Below are positions 1-13,739 of a DNA stretch of 64,000 nucleotides, in pieces. Made by a program: the position numbers and the translations under genes. Origin of the DNA: Camelus dromedarius (lineage: Eukaryota); the NCBI RefSeq assembly GCF_036321535.1, contig NC_087436.1:62684001-62748000 (forward strand). The letters are read 5' to 3'. The notes under the pieces are model-generated. The model worked only from the letters and a program-made list of their open reading frames with translations. It searched no databases and was not told where the DNA came from. Position 1 is the stretch's first letter. The number at the start of each line of letters is the position of its first letter.

Positions 1-1794
1 TCTACTTGGGAGTAGTATTCCTAAGAGCTGCGTGATGGTATTTTGCCAAGCGTGCTTATGTTCATATGAAGGGAGATGCCAAGGAGGCAAACGGAAGAAT
101 AGGCATGAGGGAACTGGAATTGCAGAGGGCAAAGTATGAACCAAGGGAAAAAGCAAGCTGCTCTCAGGCATGAAGTGAAGTATGCATCAAGAAGGTATAA
201 AGTCAGTTATTTCAGGAAGTAACAGAGAAAAGCTCCATTTGAAGGAAAGTGAATCAGTACAGTGAACCACATCTCGTTAAAATGTCTGCATATCACCCGG
301 TTTTGCCTCAGCAGTCACTTGGCACAGTATCCTCGTTGCTTTGCTATACTGTTCGAGGAAACGCCTCATCCCTTTACTTACGTACACATTAGTCATGGGC
401 CACACGTGTACCTGTGGTGGAACTGTGTCTCTCAAAGGCTAAGAGTTCCTTAGGTAGGCCTGTAATTTGCCCAGAGCCTCATCCTTAGGAAGTAAAAACA
501 TTATTACGTGGTTATAGTTTTTTAAGTGCTGAACATTGAAATATAAATGGGCGTGTAGTTTTATTCTCAGTGGAAGAAATCAGTGGTTTATATAATAGTG
601 ACCATGTAGACAGTTGGACTCAATTGAAATTGCTGAGTAAGGGATTTGATCCAGTTTATGGTAGAGTTATAGTGGGATTCTTTGGTTTTCTTTTATTATT
701 TCTTTTAATTCCTTTGGAAGGAGAGATTTTGGTGAGTTGGGAACTTGTGCTTCTAAGACAGAACTTCACTCTGCTTGTTTTGAAGCCCAGGATGCACTAA
801 TAACAATAGAAAGAGAAAACAAAGACTGTACTACCTACATTTTTCTAAATGTGTACACTACTATACACACTCCAGATAGTCTCTCGGGGAGTGGAGTTTA
901 ATACCTAGAACATACTGTATTCCTGATGATAACGTTGAAATCATTTGTGATCAATTTCTGTAAGAATAAATACAACAAAGAGGATGAACAGATTTAGGCT
1001 AAGTGGGGATGAGATTCCCCAGTGCTGTCATGAAGTGTATTGGTTTTATGTGCTACATGTTGGGGTAGACTGTAGATGGCGACAATGACCAAACACTGCT
1101 TGGCTTCATGAAAAGTTATTCCCCTGAGGGTAGTGTGTGAGGAATGGACTTTATTTAGTAATGTAAGAAGAGAATAAGCAAGACCTGTTGGAAATGTAAA
1201 CTCCCGCTGAAATAACACATTTCTGGAAATTTTTTAGGTTGAGTATGTACATTTCTCTTTAAATTTGAGGTAACATGAAATATCACAACACATAAAAAGG
1301 AGGCGAGTACCTAAGCATCCCTGGCTAGGTTTACATTTTGGAGAAATTTAGACAAAGTTGTCAGGGGTATGGTAAGAGCAAGTGCATTTAACTTTGTATC
1401 CTGACCCATGTTCTGGTTGTAGATGAAATTACCTACTGTTGTCTCAGATTTTCAATCCTAAATTTTATAGGAAATTAAAAGTCAGATCCCTACACCTTTG
1501 AAACATGGTGGGCTACTGTGAGTCTAAAGGAATATGAGAAATACAATGTTTTTATAGCTTCTAAGATATGCAACTTCTCACTTACCTTTTTAACAACTCA
1601 GAAATCCAGTGTCCACATATAATTTATTACCAGGAATTCTCTGGAAGAGGTAGTACAGATATTAAGTATTAGAATAGTTGACCCTGACAGTAATGAGAGA
1701 TCTGTTGGTCACTAAAGACCTGGCATATTCCATTTATCTATTTGTTTATTCTGTGTGTATACAAATACACATTTATTTTCAAGTTTTCAAAGGC

Positions 1795-2545
1795 TTTTTT
1801 CTTTCTCTTTTGTATTGACATATAATTGGCATTCAATATCGTGTTAGTTTCAGTGATATAACTTAGTGATTTGGTATTTGTATATATTTTGAAATGATCA
1901 CCACTAAATCTAATTAACATACGTCAAGTTAACATGTCATAATACCTAGTTACAGAGTTTTTTTTTACTGTGATAACTTTTAAGATCTACTTTCATAGCA
2001 ACTTTCAAATATGCAATACCACATTACTATTTTTAACTGTTAACCATGCTATATGCTACCTCTCCATGATTTATTTTATAACTGGAAGTTTGTATCTACT
2101 GACTCCATTTATCCATTTTACCCACAACCCACTCCCCACCTCTTCTGGCAACCACCGGTCTGTTCTCTGTAACTATGAGCTTGGTTTATTTATTTTTTTA
2201 ATTCTACATATAAATCACAGTATATAGTATTTCTCTTTCTCTGACTTACTACACATAGCACAAAGTCCTCAAGGTTCATTCATGTTGTTGCAAATGGCAA
2301 GATTTCATTTCATTTTATGACTAATATTCCTCTGTGTGTGTGTGTATGTGTGTATACATACTATGTTTTCTTTTTTAATATCTTGGCTATTGTAAATAAT
2401 GCTGCAAAGAACATGAGAGTGCATATATATCCTTTCAAGCTAGCAGTGACATTTTCTTCAGATAAACACCCAGAAGTGGAATTGCTGGATCATATCATAG
2501 TTCCGTTTTTAATAGTTTTAGGAAACTGCATACTGTTGTCCAAAT
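1795..2545 (-). mobile_element. LINE-1 3' end (L1MA9-like 3'UTR plus extreme ORF2 C-terminus), 5'-truncated
   Basis: T-rich tail remnant at ~1795-1810, then typical antisense L1 3'UTR (gttcatTcatgttgttgcaaatggcaagatttcatt; ggctattgtaaataatgctgca; cccagaagtggaattgctggatcata; ggaaactgcatactgtt). Internal (TG)n at ~2332-2352. Confidence 0.85.
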
Positions 2546-4527
2546 TTATGTATAAAATTTGATTGCTCTTTATAGTATTATATATATCAGATATTTCAGG
2601 GGCTTTGAGAAGAAATGAAAATGCTGAGAAAACATAGACTCCTAGATTTTGTTTTAAGTTTCCAGTAAAAAGTAAATGTAAATCTTTTTATTTGTATCTC
2701 TTAATACTAGGCAAAGGATCAAAAAAAAAAAATTGTCACCACCAAATCTGAGCAAACTGCTGAGGATGAAAACATTTAGCACATCGTTCCCCCTCATTCA
2801 TCTCGTCCATAAATGCCAAATATTCACAAGGAATTCACTGGCCTTTCTGTAGTTTCCGCAGCAGGGCCCCACTCTGAACCACCTTTACTAAAAGCTATGA
2901 TATATTGTTCCCAGGATCCTCTCCCCTAATCAGAAATTACTGTTCTATGCACAAGGTCCTTTTCAGCTAAATGTTACAAGAGAATGTGTGACTTCTTGGT
3001 AAGAGCCTAGTTTATTCCTTCTCCAAGAGTATTTGTGTTTTGACCATGAAAAAAAAAAAAAAACAACAAACTATCTAGATGAGTGAATAACTAATGGTGA
3101 GAATAAAGAAACAGGTAAAATCAGGAAGAAAAATTATTTTCAGCATTTTGCAAGCCATGTCTTGTAAGTTACTGTCTATTCCTCCATTTCCTACGTTATT
3201 GAAGACAGTAAGAAAGGCAAGAAAAAAAATTCCTTTTCTACTGAAATGCTCAACGTACAAAGAATTGACAAATCTTAATTGCTCTGGCCAATAATACCAA
3301 TATAAAGCAAAAATAAAGTTGAGAAAGAGGGGAAATAAAGGAAATGGGATTATTTATATGAAATACGTAGTGTTTTGCAATGGTGATTTGGTGTTTTGTG
3401 GACAAAGTTGGGTTCAGAGGATAAAGAGGGGTCACAGAACTATGAACGGTCTGGATTATAGTGTGTCTCCAAGTACTTCCGCAGAAAAACAAAGCTGTAT
3501 CTAAAGGTTGTGGAGAAAGATATTTTAAAGTCTTTATAAATGTGCATATATTTGGGGGAAAAAGTGAGTATTCCTGAATTAGAGAAGAAGCTATAAGCTT
3601 TTCACCATTGAGTATGATGTCAGCTGCGGGCTTGTCATATATGGCCTTTATTATGTTAAGGTACAGCCCTTCTGTAACAACTTTTTATCATAAATCAACT
3701 GTTGAATTTCATCAAATGCTTTTTCTATAATCTATTGACATTACTGTATGATTTTTATTCTTCATCTTTTTAACGTGGTATATTTGTGGATGTTGAACCA
3801 CCTTTGTACCCAGGAATAAATCCCACTTAATCATGGTGTATGATCCTTTGAATGTATGATTGAATTTTGTTTGCTAATATTTTATTGAAGATTTTTGCAT
3901 CTATGATCATCAGGAATGTTGGTCTATAATTCCCATGTGGCATCACTGTCTAGTTTTGGTATCAGGGTAATACTGGCTTCATGAAATGTGTTTGGAAGTG
4001 TTCCCTCCTTGTTTGTTTTTGGAACAGTTTGAGAAGGACTGGTTCTGATTGTGTGGTCCAGGACATTTGTTGGGAGGGTTTTGATTACTGCTTCAATCCC
4101 CTTACTGTTAATCAGTTAGGTCAGATATTCTATTTCTTCAAGGTCCTATCTTATAGATTGTATGTTTCTAGGATTTCACACATTTCTTCTAGATTGTCAA
4201 ATTTATTGACATATAATTACTCATAGTAGTCTTTTATGTTCTTTGTGACTCTGTGGTAACAGTTCTAATTTATTTCTAATTTTAATTATCCGAGTCCCCT
4301 CTCTTTTTTTTCATGGTCTAGTTTAAGTGTTGCCAATTTTATTTTTTCAAAGAACCAGCTCTCATTTCATTTATTGAGAATGAGAGCTTTCCATTGTCTT
4401 TTTAGCCTCTGTATTTCATTTATTTCCACTCTGAACGTTCTTACCTTCTGCTCACTTTGGACTCTGTTGTTCTTTTTCTAGTTCCTTGATTTAAAATTAG
4501 GTTGTTTATTTGAAATTTTTCTATTTT

Positions 4528-4651
4528 TTGATGGAGTCATTTTTCACTGTCACCTGCCCTCTTAGAACCACTTTTGCTGCACCCTATAATTGATGGAGTC
4601 ATTTTTCACTGTCACCTGCCCTCTTAGAACCACTTTTGCTGCACCCTATAA
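4528..4651. repeat. Perfect 62-bp tandem duplication inside the L1
   Basis: ttgatggagtcatttttcactgtcacctgccctcttagaaccacttttgctgcaccctataa occurs at 4528-4589 and identically at 4590-4651. Confidence 0.97.
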
Positions 4652-4949
4652 GTTTTGGTATATTGTATTTCCATTTTCATTTGTCTCAAGGTATTTTTTT
4701 AATTTCTTTTGATTTCTTCATTGATCCATTGATTGTTCAGTAGCATAGTATTTAATCTCAAGGTATTTGTGAATTTTCTTCTTATAATTGATTTCTAGTT
4801 GCATATCATTGTGGTTGGAAAAGATGCTTGATATGTTTTCAATCTTAAGTGTATGAAGACTTGTTCTGTGGCCTGATCTGTCTTGCTCAATGTTCCATGT
4901 ACACTTGAGAACAATTTATTCTTCTGCTTTTGAATGGATGTCCTATATA

Positions 4950-5155
4950 CCATTGACCCTTGGACTACACAAGGTTGAACAGGGCCGGTACATTTGTTTT
5001 TCAATAAATACTATAGCACTACATGCTTTACAGTTGGTTGAATCTGCAGGTGTACAACTGCAGAAATGGAGGGCTGGCTGTAAACTTTGTACACAGATTT
5101 TCTACTGTTGCAGGGGTTGGCATCCCTAACCTCCATGTTGTTTTAGGGTTGACTC
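4950..5155 (+). mobile_element. Tigger2-type non-autonomous TcMar DNA transposon (MITE), nested in L1 ORF2
   Basis: Preceded by TA. Termini ccattgacccttg...agggttgactc resemble Tigger2 TIRs (cagttgacccttg...caagggtcaactg). Internal ttggttgaatctgcagg motif. L1 sequence resumes in register on both sides. Confidence 0.8.
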
Positions 5156-5579
5156 TGTCTATTAAGTTCATCTGTTCTAACGTGTTGTTTATGACCAATG
5201 TTTCCTTACTGATTTTCTGTCTGTATGATCTATGCATTGATGTTTGTGGGATAATGTTATTGTATTGCTGTCTATTTCTCCCTTTCTATATGTTAGTATT
5301 TGATTTATATATTTAGATGCTCCTATGTTGAATGCATAAATATTTATAAATGTTATATCCTCTTGTTAGATTGACCCCTTTATCATTATGTAATGACCTT
5401 TGTTTTTTATTAGAGTCATTTTTTAAAGTCTATTTTGTCTGATATAAATATAGCTACTCCAGCTTTCTTTCGGTTTCCATTTCCATAGAACATCTTTTTT
5501 TCATCCCTCACTTTTCAAAAGTCCGTCTTTCCTTTTATCTGAGGCAATTCTCTTGAAGGCAGCATAGATGTGCCTTGTT

Positions 5580-5731
5580 ATTTTGAAATTCAAAATTGCC
5601 TTTTATTTTTTTTAATTGACTTTTTTTTTTTATTTTAGCAGTTTTAGGTTGAGTGGAAAGTACAGAGTTCCCATATGCCTCTTCCGCCCTCCCCAGATTC
5701 TCCTGTTGGTAACATCTTGCATTAGTATGGT
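5580..5731 (-). mobile_element. 152-bp L1MC/L1MD-type 3' terminus inserted into the younger L1, with 15-bp target-site duplication
   Basis: TSD tagatgtgccttgtt at 5565-5579 and 5732-5746. Insert reads (minus strand) accatactaatgcaagatgtt...atatgggaactctgtactttccactcaacctaaaactgctaaaata, matching L1MC/L1MD 3' ends. Confidence 0.8.
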
Positions 5732-7910
5732 TAGATGTGCCTTGTTTTTTAATCCATTTGGCCACTCTGTCTTTTGATTGGAAAATTTAATCTATTTACA
5801 TTTAAAGTAATTACTGATAGGTATGTACTTATTGCCATTTTAAAAAGTTGATTTCTGGCTATTTTATAGTTCCTCTCAGTTTCTTTCCTCTTCACTTGCC
5901 CTCTTCCTTTGAGGTTTGAAGACTTTCTTTAGTGCTTAGATTCCTTTCTCATTATCTTTTGTGTGTCAACTATAAGTCTTTGTTCTTTGGTTACCATGTG
6001 GCTTATATATAACAACCTATATTTATAATAGTCTAATTTAAATTGATAACAACTAATGTTTGAACACAGCCTAGCACTGTATATTTTACTCTATCCCCCA
6101 TATTTTATGTTCTGATGTCACATTTTATATCTTTTTATCTTGTGAATCCCTTAATTACTTTTGTCTTTTAACATTCATACTAGCTTTTTAAGTGATTTAA
6201 CCACTACTTTTGTAATATATTAAACTTCCCTAGTGAGATTTATGTTTTTATGTTTTCTTGTTCCCAGTTAGTGACCTTTCTTTTCAGTTTAAAGAAATCT
6301 CTAACATTTCTTAAGAAGTTGGTTTAGTGGTGATGGATATCTTTATCTTTTGCTTGCCTATAAAACTCTATCTCTCATTCAATTCTGAATGATAACTTTG
6401 CCAGGTAGAGTATTTTTGGTTAGAAGTTTTTTTTTTTTTCTTTTAATACCTTGTTTGTTTGTTTTTGCTACTTCCTTCTGGCCTGCAGTTTCTGCTGAAG
6501 AAAGTCTGCTGATAGCCTTTTTGGGGTTCCCTTGTTCATAACAAGTTGTCCCTTGCTGCTATTAAGGTTATCTCCTTGTCCTTAACTTTTGTGAATTTAA
6601 TTAAAATGTGTCTTGTTTGGGTCTCTTCAGGTTCATCTTGTTTAGACTCTCTAAAATTCCTGGATCTGGATGTCTGTTTCTTTCCCCAGGTTTGGGAAAT
6701 TTTTAGCATTGTTTCTTCAGATAAGATTTATGTCCCTTTCTCTCTCTTCTCCTTCTGGGAACCCTGTGATGTGAATGTTAGTCTGCTTGATGTTGTCCCA
6801 TTGTTCCTTAAGCTATCTTTACTTTTTTTCATTTCTTTTTCTTCTTCTGCTCTGATTAGGTGAATTCCAGTGCCCTGTTTTTGAGTTAGTTTTTCTTCTA
6901 TTTCAACTAGTCTGCCGTTGAACCCCTGGAGTGTTTTTTAATTCAGTTACTGTATTCTTCAGTTTGGTGACTTCTGTCTGGTACTTTCTTATATTATGAG
7001 TCTCTCTATTCTATTCTGTTCATCTATTTTCCCAAATTCAGGGAGAATCTTTATGACCATTACTTAGAACTCTTTATCGTTGAATTACTTTTCTCCATTT
7101 CACTAAGGTTTTTATTTTTTTCCCCTGATATTTTATTTTGGAGATCTATTGGAAACATACTCTTGTTTCTTCATTTTGCTTGACTCTCTGTGTTGGTTTT
7201 TATGCATTAGATAAAAGTCAACTCTCCCAGCCTTGAAAGTGGGAGATGAAATTTATTGTTGAATCCTGTCATAGCTCTTGGTTGTTTCCAACTTCTGTGG
7301 CTGTCAAAGCAGCCCATTTTATTTGTAATGGCTTCCTTAGTTGAGGGTGTGCCAGGACCCATCAATGTCCTGGGGGGGAGGACCTCACTCAGCTTCTAGA
7401 TTCAGGCTGACTGGAAGCCAGACCCTCAGGCAGCTGCTTTTATAGTATGTAACTATATACAGTCCTATGAGACTGCAAGTATAAGCCCTGCTGGCTACCA
7501 GGGCCAGGTGATCTAAAGGTGTCACCTGTGTGAAGTAGCAAAAATCAGGGCTCTGCATGAGTATGTAAGCTCCTTTCTAGGCGATACCACTGAGTGCTAG
7601 TAAGGCAGAGGGAAGAGCAAAGATGGGGTGTATGGCTTACCTTCCTTCAGGGCACATCTGTAGGCCACTAGATGTGTGCCAGTCCTGAAGTCTGCCCCTC
7701 AGGCTGAAGCTCCAAGACAGTCAAAAGGCCTCTTTAATAGAAAGAGTTGAAGGTATGTTTCAGTCTTCTGTGCAGTGCCTTAGCGACACAGGCTGCCAAG
7801 AACACTCTTAATTGTTAGTCTTTCAACCCAGGAAATCAAGCTCCCCTGGCCACAGCCAGGCAATCAAGGGTCATTCCCTGGGCAGCAGTCACAGAGACTG
7901 GGATACCAAA

Positions 7911-8086
7911 AGTAAAATCTGTGTGTAAAATTCATAGCCAGCCCTATAACCCTCCATTTCTGCAATTCCACATCTGAGGATTCAACCGACTGCAGATCAT
8001 GTAGTACCATAGTATTTATTGGGGAAAAAAACCAGCATATAAGTATACCTGCCCAGTTCAAACTTGTATAATACAAGGGTCAACTG
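7911..8086 (-). mobile_element. Second Tigger2-type MITE (one end truncated), inverted relative to 4950-5155, in the L1 5'UTR
   Basis: Ends in caagggtcaactg (intact TIR). Its reverse complement aligns by eye with 4950-5110. Confidence 0.8.
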
Positions 8087-11000
8087 CATATAGAATGTTC
8101 ATCCGAAAGCAGAGCTCCCCCTGATACTGGTGCTTTGGAGTGTGGCGGAGGGAGAATGCAAAGATAGCATCTGATGAGGAAAAGGAAATAGGGGGAAAAA
8201 TGGTGTTCAATAGCTTCAGCAATGCGGAAGAGTGCAAAATTGGACGGCACTTGTGTCCCTGGAGAGTATCCCAGCAGTCCCCTGACCCTCCAGTCAATGC
8301 TTTAAGATTAGCAAATGAATCTTTCACGTGAAGTCTGGGTGCTTTTTAAACGGCTGCTTCTGCGCTGGGCCTTGGGTTGTATCTGCATGTAAGCCCTTTA
8401 AGAGAGATTTCCTAGTTTGCTGCAACCCTTTGGGTCTTGGTAATGTGAGTTCCATTGGATTTCAAAGCCCAATGTTTTGGGGGCTCATTTCTCAGGTGCA
8501 GTTCTTAAAAGTTGGTGTTTCTGATGTAGAGTACAAACCTTTTGCTCCTCATGGAGAAGTTCTGGGTTTGTGGGTTCCCTCCCAAAGTGGTTTACCACAC
8601 TAGGGGTTGGGTTGATGGTGAGAGCACATCTCTGCCTCTCCAGTCTGCCTTTATTGTGGCCCTTTTCACATTTCCCAATTTGAAGGAGCTGCTCAGCTAG
8701 TTTTCAGGGCTTTTTCAAAGGTAATTTCATGTGAGGAGGTGAATTGCATATTTATTTGTATTTGATATATTGCCATACCACTAAACTCATGTTCTATATT
8801 TAAAACTGTCATATATTTTCTGTTTTTAATGATCTGTTTGTTTAAATATAAAAAAATATGACTCCTCTCAAATCTTCTGTTAGTTAGACACACAAGGCTA
8901 TTTGCAAGCACATAAAGTGATTCAGTAATTGACAATTCATTAACAGGAGATCAAGTCCTATCTATTATGCTGGATACTGTTTTTACTTAAGCGGGATGCA
9001 GTTTTCGGCACTCATGAAAAAGGGATGTGTTCTTCAATTCATCTGCTTCTTCAAGCTTCTCTGCATTAGGGATCACATTGAGATCACTAGTGCAGAAATT
9101 ATTCTTTTTGTGAATTTACCATATAAATACTCATTAATTGTATAAATTATAGACATTAAAAAGTAAGAGATAGTGACATGGATATTGTAGCCATATTGAT
9201 TTGTATAACAATCCTAGCTTGGCTGCCTATTTGTCCAGTGATTAATTTTTCTCATATTTAAAATTAACATAATCTCAATTATTTAAGACTTATAAAAAAG
9301 TGACTATATAATAAAGCATATACAACTTCTAATTTAGTGCCTATTCAATAATATGCAGTCAGTAAATAGTATATATGTATATCTAGCTTCATTAGAATTG
9401 GAGTAGTAAGCTGGACTTCTAACATAAGCTTCAGACAACTACTCTAGGAGAGGTAAAATAAAACTTTTTATTCTGTACTTGATAATTTATTGGAACTTGA
9501 TTATTGATTGGTATGGCCAGAGTTGAGCTTCATCCTTGATAGTTACACAAACTCTATCACTCAATGTCAGATTAATTTTGCCCTTTGAAATTCTAAATAG
9601 ACAAATGTGTATGTCAGTCACATTTATGGAAGTATTTCGTGTGGCCAGTTATGAAGTGATCATGTAAAAAGTATATCCTATTAATCAGTGTACTCTCAGT
9701 ACTATGAAGAACATTTTATTAGGATTATAGTAATTATTTTAATATTAAATTTAAGACATTTATATTCTAGATATAACTTGCATTAAAAAATTCCTTTATA
9801 TACTTTGCATATTCAAATTATATCATCAGCTTTTATATACATGTATAAATATACATATATGTATATATTGGATATAAATAATTGTTAAAATTCCTCATCT
9901 TATACATAATCCAATATAGGAATTTCAAATATTTTAAAAATAGATAAAATTATTAAAGCAGTGTTACTAACCACATATATCTATAAAAAAAAATGACTGA
10001 GTTCATAAATTTTTGGTTTTTAACTATTAATGCCAGGCAAGATAACAATGATTATCATATAGTATAAAACTAATTTTGTATAATTGTTTGGGATACTAGC
10101 ATTCATAACATCAAAATAACTCTTAAAAACAGATTCTTAAATTACATGTTTCCATGTAAGCTGTAAGTATTTTGGGAAATATCCTGTTTGGAAACTCTTC
10201 ACATCTTAAAAAATGTTAACTTTCCAACATATTCATGAATTGAAAAATATACAATACACCTACAATATCAATCACACAGATATGAAAATTACCATAATGT
10301 GTGAGAAGAAAATGTCCTCCAAAACACATTTAATTCTCACTAATTAAACTAAAAAAGAAACTTTTAAAATGTTTAAAATATTTATTTGTAATTTTGAGAT
10401 CTTAGAAGCTCAAAATTTAAATAAAAAATATCTAGTTTGCTAGAAACTGCCAAACATTTTCAACAGCTAAAAAATAAAAACTCAATATTTGCCAGTGTTA
10501 TATAGCCCCTAAGAAAGTTCCTTTTAAAAAAAAACTTGTTACTAGAACATTTCCTTTAATTACATGTTGCTATTTCCCAAAGGTTACTGACATTGTTACA
10601 TATCTTACTTTTTGCTTTTAAGTTTGACAGCATGTTGAGTCATTTCTTTCATTTGACTTGCTTTTCATGAGATATCTGGGCATAACACAGCACAATTATG
10701 GTGTGAATCTGTTCGAATAAATATATATAGGAAGGGAAACCAGTGAAGATAATGTTCATGCAAGTGTCAACAGCGAAGGAACAACCATGGTAGTAGTTTA
10801 AAATGAATTAAGGACTCATAAGAATACTTTTTTGTTAACACACTTCAATGAATATTCAGGATGGAATTAGCACAGGGTAATATAACGGAATTCTTGGCTG
10901 TATGCAAAAGTAGTGGGCCACTTTCATCATTTTTCTTCAACTACTTTGTAAGTTCCTTAACAAGTACATTTATAGGTTATTTTTAAAAGATGGAGGAGCA

Positions 11001-13739
11001 ACTAATAAATGTATAAAAAGGATGCTTGAATCAAAGAATGTCTTTATGGTGCAAGGTGAGGCAATCAGTACTAAACAGCACTATTTTACCAATAGTTAAT
11101 TCTCTAAATTATTGTTAATGACTACCAACTTTTTTCAGTAGTTAGAGGGACTTTTAAGATTAAATCAAATAATTTGTTTGCCAGAAACTCTTGAGATAGT
11201 TGAAGTTCTGGGCCTTGAAAGTAAAAATAATTCTTACTTGCGTCCTACTATAAAAAATCCCCTTTCATTCTCCTATTGGAAGTTGATGCAGATAAAACTT
11301 GAGAGATTATTTTATCATTTTCAATATTAATTACACTGCTCCATTGCCACATTTCTGGATCCAAGGTTTAACATAATTCTTCCTCAAGTGATTATTTAAA
11401 GAAAAGAGTATGTGCAAAAATATGGAAATCTTGGTCTGCTTCAGAAAGTCAAATTTGTATTCTTCTTTATAATTCTTCATTTTGTGGATTAAATAAATTT
11501 GAATATCATCACCATTGTCCTTATCAAATCTTAAAGTCCAGGGATTTAAAAATAGCCTTATTTTGGCCTTTACTAGAGAAGATAAACATGATAATTTGTT
11601 GCCAGAATCCTTTCAACAGTATCTTTTACCAACAGCAAATGAACACTAACAAATGTTTATAGCATAAATGTGCAATAAAATGACCACTGAATCAAGCAGA
11701 TTCCTATGCTGTAAAACTACTGTTCATGTACAACTAGTTCAAAGTTTTAAAAACTTGTCTACCCAAGCTTTAGTAATAAAATTATAATAATTATCTCAAA
11801 TTAAATTTTAGATTTATTTTAGTATCCTAATTTAATATACATGGTTGATATAAAGACGATAGGTAATTGGCTTTAACCCTTAAACATGTAGAATCTTGCC
11901 AAAATACATCACCAGTGTGACATTTTATTAAAACCTCCACTCTTCATTTCCTAAAGTACTTAAATCTCACTTCTGTTGATACATAAAATCCATATAATTT
12001 TGGCTATCAGGCTGATTTATTCATAAAGGGAAAGTGGAAATGACCAAATATGAAAATATATACAAAAGCCAGGATCCTTTTGTGGTTAGTGAGAAAAGAC
12101 TACACTATACCCAGAACTCACAAAGGAAAGATAGGAGTGTCCTCTCAAATCTTAAAGGTGAAGCAAAGCATGCACTGGCAACCTGACTGCTTTCAAAGGT
12201 GCCAAAGACTTAAGAACATGCATAATTGTTTTACCATTTAGCTAGAAATTATGAGGCTTATACCAGGTGACCTTGAAAAACATCTTGGATTGTTTTGATC
12301 AAAGTAATTGTTCATAAATAAAACAGAACAATTCAAGTTAGATGTTTGTTTTATGTCTTATCTTTCTCACTAATATTCAGAAAGAGTAATTATAAAATTC
12401 ATTAATAATTAACATTGCTGATCTGCTCTATATACAAATATCTATATTCAGTGTTGGATAAAAGTTGTCATCTTGAATTTGATAAGCCCAAAGAATATGT
12501 AATAGAGGGGTTACTCATACTTTTCATCCATCTGTAAACTGAATGGTACTTATCAGATGTCTTCATATGGAAATGGTTTTGTGGCTTATTATATAATTCA
12601 CAATGATGAATTAAATTATAATAACCTCAATATTTACTAGGAATGAAGAATGTTCTTCCTGGGAAAGAAAAATTTAATATTAAAATAATTTTATCAGAGG
12701 AAAAAAACACTAATAAAATTACCAAATATTTTTATTTACAAATAGATTTTACTCAAGCTTATTTCATGTTTAGTATGAGCCTAGTAAAATGATTTTCTGA
12801 CTTGTCATTTATTTAGACAACCTTTGCTTCTTTGCAGTGTGTTGTTTGTTTGCATTGTCTTTAGTGATTTAGTGATCATACACACACACACAATAATTCT
12901 CACCTTCAGAGGATTTTTTAAAAACACAAACCATCCCTTTAAGACATTTTTATTATTATTATAGCAGTAGATGCATTATTCCAAATAAAGGTAGGAAGAA
13001 TCAGAAGTTAGAAGGAACTGAAAAGAGAAGAGAGATTGATTTTATGATAGGGGTAGGATATAGTTTTCATTTACTTTATGTATTTTTAATAATGCAACTT
13101 TGAATATAGAAGCATATATAAAGAACACCAAGGTCTTGGAATCTCAATCTTATCCTTGCTAACAGCAAAGATTTGAGACTTAGGTGGGAAAAGGAGACAA
13201 GTCTTGAAAGATGCATTAAGATCAAAGAAAGGATTTACATATTTGATGTATATAGGTTTTGCTTATGCAGTCCATTGTGTCCTAAAATAGAGTTACTTGG
13301 GTGATTCTGGTGATGGAACTGTGCTTCTCTACTCTTAATTATCAGGAAAAATATTAATTCTTGTGCATATGTGAAAGTGGAAAGGGTGATTCTACCAGTA
13401 TCCTACCAATGGAATTAAGTTGTTGATGCTTATGTCTTTAATAGCCACATTATTTTGCATCTAAATGGAAACAGAACTATATGAATTGGAGATGATAATA
13501 CTAAAAAAGTCCACCATAGGTTTCAAAAAATTATAAGATTATATGAATATATACCCATACTTCACGACTTTTGAATTTTTTTCCTTGCAAAGGAGAATAG
13601 AGTATTTTAAGTTTGATATTGACATTCTTAATTACAAATATCCTTCTATTCTCCATTATGAGATATTTCATCTCGTTTTAAATATACTAGTTAAATTTTT
13701 ACTCCTTAGATGAAAACCTTTTAGTCCACAATCTGCATA

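Larger units (their letters stand above)
3592..8750 (-). mobile_element. Degenerate LINE-1 retaining 5'UTR, ORF1 and the 5' part of ORF2 (EN to start of RT); L1M2/L1MA9-age
   Basis: Antisense ORF2 hallmarks (ttcaccattgagtatgatg; ggaataaatcccacttaatcatggtgtatgatcc; ttttggtatcagggtaatactggcttcat; gctactccagctttctttcggtttcca), ORF1 region ~6250-7200, and a GC-richer 5'UTR with two diverged monomers (~7480-7640 and ~7840-8175). Many stops and frameshifts. Confidence 0.9.

Noticed and set aside
4528..4651. Direct repeat considered as CRISPR-like
   Set aside because: Two adjacent copies with no spacer, inside a mammalian L1; an ordinary tandem duplication.
10731..10795. Purine-rich exon-like stretch (ag|gaagggaaacc...accatg|gtagta)
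   Set aside because: No pyrimidine tract, weak donor and no recognisable peptide.
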